A DNA stretch of 64,000 nt. Source: an uncultured delta proteobacterium (GTDB lineage: Bacteria; Desulfobacterota; Binatia; Binatales; Binataceae). The DNA lies in contig CAWCDG010000003.1 of assembly GCA_963794325.1 (NCBI GenBank), positions 384,001-448,000 of the forward strand, in the 5' to 3' direction. Positions 38,015-47,615 of the stretch are shown here, piece after piece. Each line of letters starts with the position of its first letter. Position 1 is the first letter of the stretch. Below the pieces are notes generated by a model, which was given only the letters and a program-made list of their open reading frames with translations, was not told where the DNA came from and made no database searches. Both the position numbers and the translations under genes were made by a program.

Positions 38015-38245
38015 TCCGGTTGCCCTTCCCACAATGGGAAGGGGTTAGGGGTTAGAGCTTGCCCTGAGCAACGCCGAAGGGTCGCGGACATTCTCCACCA
38101 ACCCCGCACGCACACTCCGGTTCCCCTTCCCGCTCGGTAAGAGGTCACTCCTAAAAATCCGGTTCCCCTTCCCACTATGGGAAGGGGTTAGGGGTTAGAG
38201 CTTGCCCTGAGCAACGCCGAAGGGTCGCGTGCATTCTCCACCAAC
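38015..38245. repeat. Tandem composite REP cluster
   Basis: Two near-identical ~85-bp units (family A hairpin + GAGCTTGCCCTGAGCAACGCCGAAGGGTCGCG + CATTCTCCACCAAC) with a degenerate unit between them. Confidence 0.9.
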
Positions 38246-38408
38246 GCCCGAAGCACCGCCCTTCCAACGTTGTACCAAAGTACAATACCCATCCTCCTCC
38301 CAATCAACGATCCTGCACCCAACACATCGAACGGCTACCGTGACGCACGGAGTTCCAATACCCGCTCGAACGTTAAGCGTTGCGCGCTCACAGAAGAGGA
38401 AACACAAC

Positions 38409-39878
38409 ATGGGTATGACTAAGCGAATATTCTTCAACGGCGGTGTGGCCACCGCCCTCGTCATGGTCCTCATTGCAACCTGCGCGGCCGGCAACGATGC
38501 CGTTTCCAACGCGGAGAAGCCGGAAAAGAACAACCCCGGTATCGCCGAAACGAAAGACATCGCCGAGGAGGGTTTCATCTACGGCTTGCCCATCGTGATG
38601 AACTACGCGGTTATGTACGAGTATGCAGCGGACCGCAACTCGGGCCAGTTCAAGGCGCCGTTCAATCAAATCAAGAATGAGGCCCGCGTTTATACCTACA
38701 AGGACACCGCCGTCATCACACCGAACAGCGACACACCTTATTCCATCTTATGGTTGGATCTCCGGGCGGAGCCGATAGTGCTGTCCGTCCCGGCAGTCGA
38801 AAGGGATCGCTATTACTCAGCCATGCTCTGCGATGGCAACACCTACAACTACGGTTATATCGGTAGTCGCGCTACCGGCAGCGAAGCCGGCGATTACATG
38901 GTAGTTGGACCCGACTGGAATGGCGCGACGCCGGCCGGCATCAAGAAGGTGTTCCGGTCCGGCACGCAGTTTTCGGCTGTTGCGTACCGCACCCAGCTCT
39001 TCAACGCAGCCGACATGCCGAATGTGGTCAAGATTCAGGACGGCTACAAGGTGCAGGCGCTCTCGGCGTATCTCCACCAGCCTGCGCCGCCCGCCGCTCC
39101 AGCCATCGACTTCCCGAAGATCGATAAGGAAATGGTGAAGACCAATTTCTTCGAGTATCTCGACTTCGCCTTGCAGTTCGCCCCGCCTGGCTCGGACGAA
39201 AAAGAAATCCGCGCGAAGCTGGCACGTATCGGAATCGGCGCTGGCAAGACTTTCGATTTCAAAGACCTCGACCTTAAGCACAAAGTTGAGGTCGGGTTGG
39301 GCATGAAAGATGGCGAGAAACAAATAGTGGCCGCTGCCGCCAACACTGGCAAGGAGGAAAACAGTTGGGTGGTCGGCGGACTGGCTGGGGGTGATCGCGC
39401 CTTCTTCAACGGCGACTGGCTTAAACGTGCCGCCGTGGCGAAAGCCGGAATCTACGCGAATGACCCAGCGGAAGCGATGTATCCCTTGACCCGCAAGGAC
39501 GGTAACGGCGAGAAACTCGACGGCAGCAAGCACAACTACACGCTCACCTTCGCCGCCGGACAGTTCCCGCCGGTGAATGCCTTCTGGTCGGTGACAATGT
39601 ATGACGGCAAGAGCCAGCTCCTGATCGAGAATTCAATCAACCGCTACCTCATCAACTCGCCGATGCTGCCGAACATGAAGAAGAATGAGGACGGTTCGCT
39701 GACGATTTATATTCAGAAAGATTCGCCGGGCGCGGACAAGGAAGCCAACTGGCTGCCCGCGCCAAACGACCCCATCTATCTCGTCATGCGTCTTTACTGG
39801 CCAAAGACCGAAGCACCTTCGATTCTGCCGCCGGGCGAAGGCACGTGGAAACCTCCAGCAGTGAACAAGGTCAGCTGA
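38409..39878 (+). CDS. DUF1254/DUF1214 domain exported protein
   Basis: YGLPIV, TPNSDTPYS..WLDL..EP.VL, PPVNAFWSVTMYD, NWLPAP, MRLYWP. Confidence 0.9.
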   Translation: MGMTKRIFFNGGVATALVMVLIATCAAGNDAVSNAEKPEKNNPGIAETKDIAEEGFIYGLPIVMNYAVMYEYAADRNSGQFKAPFNQIKNEARVYTYKDTAVITPNSDTPYSILWLDLRAEPIVLSVPAVERDRYYSAMLCDGNTYNYGYIGSRATGSEAGDYMVVGPDWNGATPAGIKKVFRSGTQFSAVAYRTQLFNAADMPNVVKIQDGYKVQALSAYLHQPAPPAAPAIDFPKIDKEMVKTNFFEYLDFALQFAPPGSDEKEIRAKLARIGIGAGKTFDFKDLDLKHKVEVGLGMKDGEKQIVAAAANTGKEENSWVVGGLAGGDRAFFNGDWLKRAAVAKAGIYANDPAEAMYPLTRKDGNGEKLDGSKHNYTLTFAAGQFPPVNAFWSVTMYDGKSQLLIENSINRYLINSPMLPNMKKNEDGSLTIYIQKDSPGADKEANWLPAPNDPIYLVMRLYWPKTEAPSILPPGEGTWKPPAVNKVS

Positions 39879-39959
39879 AGCTGCGAGTTGGCGCTATGAC
39901 ATCGAATCTGTTCCCTGCGAATGCGCGATGCTGAGGCTGCTGTTGAACGGAGGCTAACT

Positions 39960-40877
39960 ATGAAACTCCAATACGCCAGGGTGATTGCCCTGATAGGACT
40001 CATTGGCGTCCTGATCGTCGCGAATGCCTCGGCGCAAACCACGCAAAACCCGCCGACGGTCGATGAGTCAACTCTGCCCGATCACGAGAAATCAGCGACC
40101 GAGGTCAACAAGGAACTCTCGAATCCCATATCCAGCATCTGGGCACTCCAGATTCAGGAAAACACCTTCTTCATCCATCCGGGTATCGAGGACAAGTCGA
40201 GCCGCAATGCGGTCAACGTCCAGTTCCAGCCGGTCCTGCCGCTGGCTCTGACCGACGACTGGAACCTGATCACGCGGCCAGTCTTTCAGCTGGTCAACTC
40301 AGTACCGGTGCCAACGCGTACCGGCCGTATCTATCAAGCAACAGGTTTCGGCGACACAATCCTGGCGACGCTTCTTTCGCCGAGCCCGAGACTGGCCGGA
40401 CCGTGGCTCCTCGGCGCCGGACCTACCTTCATCTTTCCTACCGGAACGACGACCAACGTCGGCCAGAAAAAATGGCAGCTAGGGCCCGGCGGGGTCTTTG
40501 GCTATCTCGGCGAGCACTACATCGTCGGCGTATTTCCGCAGCAATGGTTCTCGGTCGCCGGCAATGGATCTAAGCAGACCAGCCAGATGAATGTGCAATA
40601 CTTCGCGGCGTACTTTCTGCCGCACGGTTGGTCCGTCGGCACTTCGCCGAACGTGCTGATCAACTGGTATGCGAGCGAAGGGAACAAGGTGACCTTTCCT
40701 ATCGGCCTCAACGTATCGAAAGTGCAAAAGCTCGGCATCCTGCCAGTGAAGTTCCAGGTCCAGGGCCAGTACATGCCGGTCAACCCCTCAGTCTTCGGCC
40801 AGCGCTGGAACATCCAGGTCGCAATCACCCCAGTCATCCCGAAACTAATCAAAGGAAATATCCTCGGAGATTGGTGA
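39960..40877 (+). CDS. Exported hypothetical protein (putative outer-membrane transporter, 'neuromedin U'-annotated family)
   Basis: Signal peptide; LSNP, QPVLP..L..DWNLITR, GPTFIFPT, KWQLGP. Confidence 0.7.
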   Translation: MKLQYARVIALIGLIGVLIVANASAQTTQNPPTVDESTLPDHEKSATEVNKELSNPISSIWALQIQENTFFIHPGIEDKSSRNAVNVQFQPVLPLALTDDWNLITRPVFQLVNSVPVPTRTGRIYQATGFGDTILATLLSPSPRLAGPWLLGAGPTFIFPTGTTTNVGQKKWQLGPGGVFGYLGEHYIVGVFPQQWFSVAGNGSKQTSQMNVQYFAAYFLPHGWSVGTSPNVLINWYASEGNKVTFPIGLNVSKVQKLGILPVKFQVQGQYMPVNPSVFGQRWNIQVAITPVIPKLIKGNILGDW

Positions 40878-40924
40878 TTCGATCGCGTTCCGTTCGCGTT
40901 TCGTTCTCCTGAACTAAATTGCCA

Positions 40925-40948
40925 AAAACGTTTCACGTGAAACGTTTT
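40925..40948. promoter_or_regulatory. parS-like site
   Basis: Perfect 24-bp palindrome AAAACGTTTCACGTGAAACGTTTT containing the parS core GTTTCACGTGAAAC. Confidence 0.75.
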
Positions 40949-41040
40949 GCCTAGAAAACGTTGTAAATCCAGGTACTTAACGATCTCAGGTGCCTCAATT
41001 CGAACACAATTTAATTGCTGCTGTGAAAAAGAACCTTAGA

Positions 41041-41066
41041 GCAAAATGGCGTCCTCGCCATTTTGC
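41041..41066. other. Perfect intergenic hairpin
   Basis: GCAAAATGGCG-TCCT-CGCCATTTTGC. Confidence 0.5.
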
Positions 41067-41069
41067 GAT

Positions 41070-41130
41070 TAGTACTGGGTGCAGGGGTCACCCCTGCCGC
41101 GGAAGCGTGAAACCCGCGCAGGGTTTCGCA
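41070..41130. repeat. Family B repeat (full, two hairpins)
   Basis: TAGTACTGGGTGCAGGGGTCACCCCTGCCGCGGAAGCGTGAAACCCGCGCAGGGTTTCGCA. Confidence 0.85.
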
Positions 41131-41194
41131 TTCAATCAATTGAGTTTCGAATTCGCTCCCATCGTGTCACATTGGCGCGGGAGAAATTTTCGCG

Positions 41195-42697
41195 ATGCCT
41201 CAGGTCATACTCGCGATCGACCAGGGAACTACCGGCACTACCGTCTTCGTCGTCGATTCGCGCGCGCGGATTCGCGGGCGCGCTTACTCCGAGATTCGCC
41301 AGTTCTATCCGAAGCCCGGATGGGTCGAGCATGACCCCGAAGAAATCTACCGCTCGGTCATCACGCTTTCGAAGAAGGCTATCGATGCGGCGAAAGTGAA
41401 GGCGTCCGCCATTGCGGGAATCGGCATCACCAATCAGCGCGAGACCTTCGTGGTGTGGGAGCGGCGCAGCGGACGCCCGGTCTATCGCGCGATCGTCTGG
41501 CAATGCCGGCGCAGTGCCGAAATATGCGACGCGTTGCGTGACCGCGAATCCGACGTCGCTCGCAAGACCGGATTGATCATCGATCCTTATTTCTCCGGCA
41601 CCAAGCTCAAATGGTTGCTCGACAGCAAACCCGAGTTGCGCGAGCGTGGTGCGCGCGGCGAGTTGTGCTTCGGCACCATCGACACCTGGCTGCTCTACAA
41701 ATTATCGCGCGGTGCGGAGTTCGTGACCGATTACACCAATGCGTCGCGCACGATGCTGTTCAACCTCGCGCGCCGCGGTTGGGACGACGAGATGCTTGCG
41801 ATGCTCAACGTTCCGCGCGAGATGCTTCCGCGCGCGGTGAGCTCGCGCGGTCCGATGGCAGAGACGGCAGCAGGCACAATTGCACCGCATGCGATTCCAA
41901 TCGCGGCAGTGATCGGCGATCAACAGTCCGCGCTGTACGGGCAGGGCGCAGTCGCCGCGGGCGATTCGAAAGCGACCTACGGGACCGGCGCGTTCCTGCT
42001 GATGAACACCGGCGACTCGATGGTGCCGTCGAACAATCGATTGCTCACGACCACCGCGCTCGGTCCCAATGGCGAGCCTGCCTATGCGCTCGAGGGCTCG
42101 GTGTTTATCGCGGGCGCTGCAGTGCAATGGCTTCGCGACGGCCTCAAGCTGGTGCGCAGGGCCGAGGACACCGATGCTGAGGCGCGCGCCAGTGTCGCGA
42201 AGAATAAGGATCGCACGCAGCCTTACGTGGTGCCGGCGTTCGTCGGCCTCGGCGCGCCGTACTGGGATGCGAACGCGCGCGGCGCGATCACGGGAATCAC
42301 GCGCGGCACGACTCGCGCCGATATCGTGCGCGCGACGCTCGACAGTATCGCCTACCAGGTGCGCGATGTGATCGTTGCGATGGAATCCGACACCGGCCAT
42401 CCGATGAGCGAGTTGCGGGCCGACGGTGGCGCGACTGCGAACCGCTACCTGATGCAGTTCCAGGCGGATATCCTTGGCAAGCCGGTGCGCCGCGCTAAAA
42501 TCGCGGAGACCACTGCGATGGGCGCCGCGATGCTCGCGGGTCTTGCCGTGGGACTCTGGAAATCGCCGGATGAGTTGCACGCGCTCATCAAAGGAGCCGA
42601 CCTGTTCAAGCCCAAAATGCAAAATGCGGAGCGTGAACGATTGCTCGCCGGATGGCATGATGCGGTCTCGCGCACACTCACGCGCCCGTCGAATTGA
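41195..42697 (+). CDS. glpK: Glycerol kinase
   Basis: AIDQGTTG, GITNQRET, DPYFSGTK, GDQQSAL, TYGTG, VPAFVGLGAPYW. Confidence 0.96.
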   Translation: MPQVILAIDQGTTGTTVFVVDSRARIRGRAYSEIRQFYPKPGWVEHDPEEIYRSVITLSKKAIDAAKVKASAIAGIGITNQRETFVVWERRSGRPVYRAIVWQCRRSAEICDALRDRESDVARKTGLIIDPYFSGTKLKWLLDSKPELRERGARGELCFGTIDTWLLYKLSRGAEFVTDYTNASRTMLFNLARRGWDDEMLAMLNVPREMLPRAVSSRGPMAETAAGTIAPHAIPIAAVIGDQQSALYGQGAVAAGDSKATYGTGAFLLMNTGDSMVPSNNRLLTTTALGPNGEPAYALEGSVFIAGAAVQWLRDGLKLVRRAEDTDAEARASVAKNKDRTQPYVVPAFVGLGAPYWDANARGAITGITRGTTRADIVRATLDSIAYQVRDVIVAMESDTGHPMSELRADGGATANRYLMQFQADILGKPVRRAKIAETTAMGAAMLAGLAVGLWKSPDELHALIKGADLFKPKMQNAERERLLAGWHDAVSRTLTRPSN

Positions 42698-42718
42698 ATC
42701 GAGGAATTTATAAAAAAG

Positions 42719-43357
42719 ATGCCTGAGAATGGAAAACCGTACGTCACCGCTCTCTACCCCGAGCAGCACGATCAGGCCGCCGACTCGCTCGGCCGCGCCT
42801 TTATCAACGATCCGACTTTCAAGGCGATAATTCCGGATATAACCGATCCGGTCGAGCGCGCCACGCGCCTGGCGGATTTGTTTCGCGGGATGCTGGCGAT
42901 TGAGCGCCGCTCTGGACAGCCGGTGTTCGGTATCGTCGATGACAACGGACGCGTCGTTGCAGCGGCGATGACCGAAGGTGTCGGGCATGCGGGCGCGCTA
43001 GGTATGATCACCACCGGCCTTGGACAGATGCCGCGGATGATGCGCGCGCTCGGACTGGGCGGATTGTGGCGCGGGCTGAATCTGGTCAGCGTCCTGTCGG
43101 AGAATCATCCCAAGGAGCCGCATCTGTACCTGCAAGTGCTCGGATGCGATCCGCCGTTCCAGGGCAAAGGCTACGGCAAGGCGCTGGTCGACCGGCTCGC
43201 GCTGGAAGCGAAGGCGCGTCCTGAAATCGCAGGCGTGTACCTCGAGACGATGACCGAAGCCAACGTCGCGTTCTACAGTTCTCGCGGCTACGAGATTTTA
43301 GGCGAGCTGTTCCCGCTCGGCGTCAGAACGTGGCGCATGTACCAGCGCAAGCGCTGA
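42719..43357 (+). CDS. GNAT acetyltransferase
   Basis: HLYLQVLGCDP..QGKGYG, YLET..EANVAFY...GY. Confidence 0.88.
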   Translation: MPENGKPYVTALYPEQHDQAADSLGRAFINDPTFKAIIPDITDPVERATRLADLFRGMLAIERRSGQPVFGIVDDNGRVVAAAMTEGVGHAGALGMITTGLGQMPRMMRALGLGGLWRGLNLVSVLSENHPKEPHLYLQVLGCDPPFQGKGYGKALVDRLALEAKARPEIAGVYLETMTEANVAFYSSRGYEILGELFPLGVRTWRMYQRKR

Positions 43358-43368
43358 GCGCGTCAGCT

Positions 43369-43410
43369 CCCGTTCCCCTTCCCACTATGGGAAGGGGTTA
43401 GGGGTTAGGT
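43369..43410. repeat. Family A repeat
   Basis: GTTCCCCTTCCC-ACTAT-GGGAAGGGGTTAGGGGTTAGG between convergent genes. Confidence 0.9.
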
Positions 43411-43418
43411 TCTTCGCA

Positions 43419-43697
43419 TCACGATGCGGCGGTGCGCGGCTGTATCGTTGTGACGCGCAGGCCCTTCGAGGTCCAGCCGACGTCGAAGCCGACGATGTCG
43501 CCTTCGCGGATCAGATCGATTCCCGGCATCGTGCCGCCGATTCTCGCGCCCGCCACCGCCACGAACGGAAACTCGAACGGGATCTCCTTGCCGCTATGCG
43601 ATCGCACCACGCCACGCCCGCGCGCGCGGTCGAGCTTGAGAATCATCCCCTGATAGAAATTTCCCGGAAAGCGCTCACTGTCGTAATCGTCACCCAC
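43419..43697 (-). CDS. Cold-shock-domain-like small protein (degenerate)
   Basis: G.I......G.G.....SG.EI.F ... EGD.V.FDV..T.KG....I matches CSD topology. Confidence 0.6.
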   Translation of the reverse strand: MGDDYDSERFPGNFYQGMILKLDRARGRGVVRSHSGKEIPFEFPFVAVAGARIGGTMPGIDLIREGDIVGFDVGWTSKGLRVTTIQPRTAAS

Positions 43698-43745
43698 GAC
43701 CTATAGGGAGTAGCATCCCCATGCGGTGCGTTAAAGCTGCGACGG

Positions 43746-44051
43746 CTACGGCATCGACAGGCAGATTTGCAGCTGGGTGAGCGCATTGTCGATATACCCG
43801 ATCGCGTTGGCCTTATGCCCGTGATAGTCACTCACGGCTTTGGCCTGTAGTACGTAGCGCGCATGCTGTAGCTCGCTCATCGCTTGTGAGATTTCAGGAT
43901 GGCCAGCCGGCGGAGGTCCTCCGTAATAGCCCGGGCCGTTCGGTACCGGACCGTAAGGACTCGTGCTGTAGGCGGGAGTCTGCGAGCAAGCGGCACACGC
44001 GAGCAGGACCCCGAATATGAGACCGCTGGCGAAACTCAATCCTTTGATCAC
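43746..44051 (-). CDS. Small lipoprotein, hypothetical
   Basis: AGGAGG RBS before GTG 44051; lipobox CAAC; helical HPEI..A...L..A...DYHGHK..A...ID.A..QL domain. Confidence 0.65.
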   Translation of the reverse strand: MIKGLSFASGLIFGVLLACAACSQTPAYSTSPYGPVPNGPGYYGGPPPAGHPEISQAMSELQHARYVLQAKAVSDYHGHKANAIGYIDNALTQLQICLSMP

Positions 44052-44224
44052 AAGAACCCTCCTTTCAGTTGAAACGGCGATCGAAATTTTTTCGGAGGTC
44101 GCCACCCATCGCGCGGCAATTTACCACAGCGTCGATCGGAGCGCATCGAGAAATCTGCCGGAGCGTTCCATATCCCGCTCAAAGCCGATAAGTTTGAAGA
44201 CGACTGCGCGAGCGGCTTCCAGGA

Positions 44225-45010
44225 ATGGCCACAGTTGAACGTCTAAAACCGGGCGAGATCACCGACCCTGACCGGGCCGAGACGCTGGCGCTTCGCGGCG
44301 AAGGCCTGGTCAAGGTTTACGGCGGGCGCGCGGTCGTCGACAACGTCAATGTAATCGTCAAGCCCGGCGAGGTCGTCGGATTCCTCGGTCCCAACGGCGC
44401 GGGCAAGACCACCACGTTCTACATGCTGGTGGGGCTGCTCAAGCCCGACAAAGGCCGCATCATGTTCGGCGGCGAGGACATCACGACATTGCCGCTCTAT
44501 CAGCGGGCGCGGCGCGGGATTTCCTACCTGCCGCAGGAGCCGAGCGTCTTCCGCAAGCTGACCGTCGAGCAGAATCTGCTGGCGGTGCTCGAAACGCTGC
44601 CACTCACCGAAGAGGAGAGATACGCGCGGCTGCAGACGCTGCTCGACGAACTCGGCATCGCGAAACTGGCGAAATCCAAGGCCGGCGTGCTCTCCGGCGG
44701 AGAGCGCAGGCGCGTCGAGATCACGCGCGCGCTGGTGCTCGATCCGGTCTATCTATGCCTCGATGAGCCGTTTGCCGGAATCGATCCGATCACGGTGGTC
44801 GAAATTCAGCGCGTCGTGACCTATCTCAAGGAGCGCGGCATCGGGGTGCTGATGTCGGATCACAACGTGCACGCCACGCTGTCGATCATCGATCGCGCCT
44901 ATATCATTCATTCAGGCAAGATTCTGTTCGAAGGCAAGCCGCGCGATATCGTCGCCAGCGACGCTGTGCGCCAGGTGTTCCTGGGCGAGCGGTTCAAGCT
45001 GGCTAGATAG
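44225..45010 (+). CDS. lptB: LPS export ABC transporter ATPase
   Basis: GPNGAGKTTTFYM, YLPQEPSVFRKL, LSGGERRRVEI, DEPFAGIDP, DHNV. Confidence 0.95.
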   Translation: MATVERLKPGEITDPDRAETLALRGEGLVKVYGGRAVVDNVNVIVKPGEVVGFLGPNGAGKTTTFYMLVGLLKPDKGRIMFGGEDITTLPLYQRARRGISYLPQEPSVFRKLTVEQNLLAVLETLPLTEEERYARLQTLLDELGIAKLAKSKAGVLSGGERRRVEITRALVLDPVYLCLDEPFAGIDPITVVEIQRVVTYLKERGIGVLMSDHNVHATLSIIDRAYIIHSGKILFEGKPRDIVASDAVRQVFLGERFKLAR

Positions 45011-45054
45011 GAGTGGGGCGGGCCGCCGTGCCCGCCACATCGAAGCGGGTCGAA

Positions 45055-45879
45055 TCAGAAAGTGCCAGGCGCGCTCGCGCCGAATCCGGAATTTGGCATC
45101 GGCGGCGGATAACTCGGATAGCCGTAGCCGCCGTAGCTCGGCGCGTAGCCGGAACTGAATCCGCCGAAACCTCCGCCGTAGCCGCCGCTGCCACCGCCGA
45201 TCGACAAACCGCTACCCCCACCGCCCAACAGAAGCGGGAGGAGCATACCGAGCATGCTCGGCGGGGGCCCGCTGTACTGCTGATACTGCTGCATCTGCTG
45301 GCCCTGGGCCGCGTAGGCCTGCGCGTCGGGCGGCATGTTGTTCTGATAATCCTGGATCGAACCGGATGCGGCATAGGGATCGGATCCATTAGTCGGCACC
45401 GCGTTGGACGGAACTCCGTTGACGGTAGACCCGGAACTGCCGCTGCTGCTACCACCAGCCAACTCAGGACTGATCTTGATGCGGTTGTCGACCACTAGTG
45501 ACGAGTCCTTCAGATAGTGGCGCGCCTTCTGCTCGGCGTCGGTCTTGCCAAAATCGCTCGCGACGAAACCGAACAGAATAACCTGCTTGCCGCCGCTCGG
45601 ACTGGTAACGACTTGCGCGCCAACCAGCGGCAGCGAGTGATGCTTCAAATAATCAGAGAGGCCCTGGCTCTGCGGAGAATCGATCGTCCCGCCGGCGACC
45701 GTGCCCGAGCTCGACGACGGCGGCATGCTCGAACTGGAATCGTAATTATTGGAAGTCCCCAGCTTCGACGCATGAGTCGCGCCGGTTCCATTTGGATTCT
45801 GCACCGGCTCGCATGCGCTCAATCCCGCGAGTGCGAGCGACAGCCCGAAGACCGCCAGTGCCTTAACAATCCGACTCAT
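45055..45879 (-). CDS. Lipoprotein with BON-like domain and G/Y/P-rich tail
   Basis: Lipobox LSAC; VILFGFV.S...K..AE..A......VVDNRIKI. Confidence 0.7.
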   Translation of the reverse strand: MSRIVKALAVFGLSLALAGLSACEPVQNPNGTGATHASKLGTSNNYDSSSSMPPSSSSGTVAGGTIDSPQSQGLSDYLKHHSLPLVGAQVVTSPSGGKQVILFGFVASDFGKTDAEQKARHYLKDSSLVVDNRIKISPELAGGSSSGSSGSTVNGVPSNAVPTNGSDPYAASGSIQDYQNNMPPDAQAYAAQGQQMQQYQQYSGPPPSMLGMLLPLLLGGGGSGLSIGGGSGGYGGGFGGFSSGYAPSYGGYGYPSYPPPMPNSGFGASAPGTF

Positions 45880-46051
45880 AGGTCGAAGTATAGTCCAGTG
45901 GCATTCACCTAACAATTCGACGAATTTTGGGTGATTTCGTTTCATTTTGCGATTAGCGCTTCGCGTTGCGAGAATGCGTTACTCATTGTGCGAGAGGAGG
46001 CGCATCGAATCTACGGTTTCCGATGGCACGTTCGGTGCAGAGTAGAAGGCC

Positions 46052-46576
46052 ATGGAGATGGCGATGGCTCTCAGCAAGGAAAATCGGGTTCAGCTCGATC
46101 GAAAGCTCGCGACGGCGGAGGTCGAAGCCGCGCTCGCGCGATTGAGCAACGAAGACTCAAAGCTCGGCGAGCGACTGATCAACGCAGCGGTCGCCGGTGC
46201 GGTGGTCGCGCGTCAGCCGGCTGACAAGATGTTGCGAGCCGAGGCGGCCGAGGCCTGGAACTCAATTAAGACCGTTCTCAATAATCACCTCAGCAGCGAA
46301 GAGGAAATCGTTCTGCCGTGGATGAAGTCGCAGCAGAACTTCCCACCGGATCTGATCCTGCGCACCTGCGAACAACACGTCCGGCTGCGCGAACTCGCGC
46401 GTACCGTCGACGCCGTTTCGTTCATCACGGGTTCGAATGAAGACGTGACGAAGGCGGGCACCGCGCTGACGGCATTTGCGGTATGCCTCGACGATCTGAT
46501 CGATGGCGAAGAACGCGATTTGTTCCCGATGATTCAGCGATGTCTGTTTGGGGAATCGAGCGGTGAGGGCGCTTAA
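46052..46576 (+). CDS. Hemerythrin-like domain protein
   Basis: HLSSEEEIVLP, EQH, EERDLFP. Confidence 0.7.
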   Translation: MEMAMALSKENRVQLDRKLATAEVEAALARLSNEDSKLGERLINAAVAGAVVARQPADKMLRAEAAEAWNSIKTVLNNHLSSEEEIVLPWMKSQQNFPPDLILRTCEQHVRLRELARTVDAVSFITGSNEDVTKAGTALTAFAVCLDDLIDGEERDLFPMIQRCLFGESSGEGA

Positions 46577-46597
46577 ACGGCGTGATCTAACCTCAAA

Positions 46598-46664
46598 ACC
46601 TAACCCCTAACCCCTTCCCGAGCGGGAAGGGGAACCGGATTTAAGAGGGAAGGGGAACAATCGC
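46598..46664. repeat. Family A repeat
   Basis: CCTAACCCCTAACCCCTTCCC-GAGC-GGGAAGGGGAACCGG plus a partial second unit. Confidence 0.9.
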
Positions 46665-46671
46665 GGGAAAA

Positions 46672-47475
46672 CTATCTCGGGTAGTCGATCTCTACCAGGA
46701 AATCGCGCACCAGCTGATTGAAGACCGGGGCGTTTTCGAAATAGATCGAATGGCCGCTACCGGGGACTGTGCGGAGTCGTGAATCGGGTAGCGCTGCGGC
46801 GAGCGCCTTGACGATCTGCGGTCGGATCAACGTGTCCTCTTCGCCAACCATGCAAAGTATCGGCATCGTGAGGCGGCTCTTCACGGCGGCGAGATCGTAG
46901 CGCAGGCCGATCAATCGAACGCCGGCGTCGGCGGGAGGGCGCGCGCCGTGAATCCGGATCTCCTCGTACAGAAAAGCCATCGCGGGATGCTTCGCGAAAT
47001 AATCTGCGGCATATGTCGGCAACGATCCGATGGGCGGGGACGCATCGACAGCGAGCGGCGCGCGCGGTGCTTCGAACTTCATATCAGGCGTGAAGATTCC
47101 GCCCGGCGTATCCGCCATCACCATCGCCGCGACCCGCTCAGGATGCTCGAGCGCGTAGCCGACGATCGTCCATCCGCCCATCGACTGCCCGATCAACACT
47201 GCCTTGTCGATCTTCAGATGGTCGAGCAGTGCGCCGAGGTCGTTCGAATGCGCGCGATTGAAAACACCATCCGGATCGGGTGACAGGCCGAAGCCGCGCT
47301 GATCGACCGTGATACATTCGAACGAGCGCATGAAGTAGGGGACCTGCTGCCACCATGACAGATGGTTGCCGCCAAGCCCGTGGAGAAAAACGATCGGCGT
47401 GCCGGCGCCGACCCGCTCGTAGTACAGCGAGAATTTACCAATCTCCAATCTGCCCGGCGTGATTCGATATTCCAT
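46672..47475 (-). CDS. Alpha/beta hydrolase
   Basis: FLHGLGG, DQRGFG, GQSMGG nucleophile elbow, GEED, GHSIYFE. Confidence 0.92.
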   Translation of the reverse strand: MEYRITPGRLEIGKFSLYYERVGAGTPIVFLHGLGGNHLSWWQQVPYFMRSFECITVDQRGFGLSPDPDGVFNRAHSNDLGALLDHLKIDKAVLIGQSMGGWTIVGYALEHPERVAAMVMADTPGGIFTPDMKFEAPRAPLAVDASPPIGSLPTYAADYFAKHPAMAFLYEEIRIHGARPPADAGVRLIGLRYDLAAVKSRLTMPILCMVGEEDTLIRPQIVKALAAALPDSRLRTVPGSGHSIYFENAPVFNQLVRDFLVEIDYPR

Positions 47476-47615
47476 CGCGATTCTCCGTCATGCCAGTTGT
47501 ACGACTAGCCTTTCCGGTTGTCGATGCGAAGGCCGGACAGTAGTTGTGCGACGTGGGAAGCTATTCTTCCCCGACCGGGACGCGAGCTGGGCTGGGAGGC
47601 CCAGGGCTGGCGGAT

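Noticed and set aside
38015-38245. CRISPR array
   Set aside because: Only two ~85-bp units, the spacer is itself repeat-derived, the same units are dispersed elsewhere, and there are no cas genes
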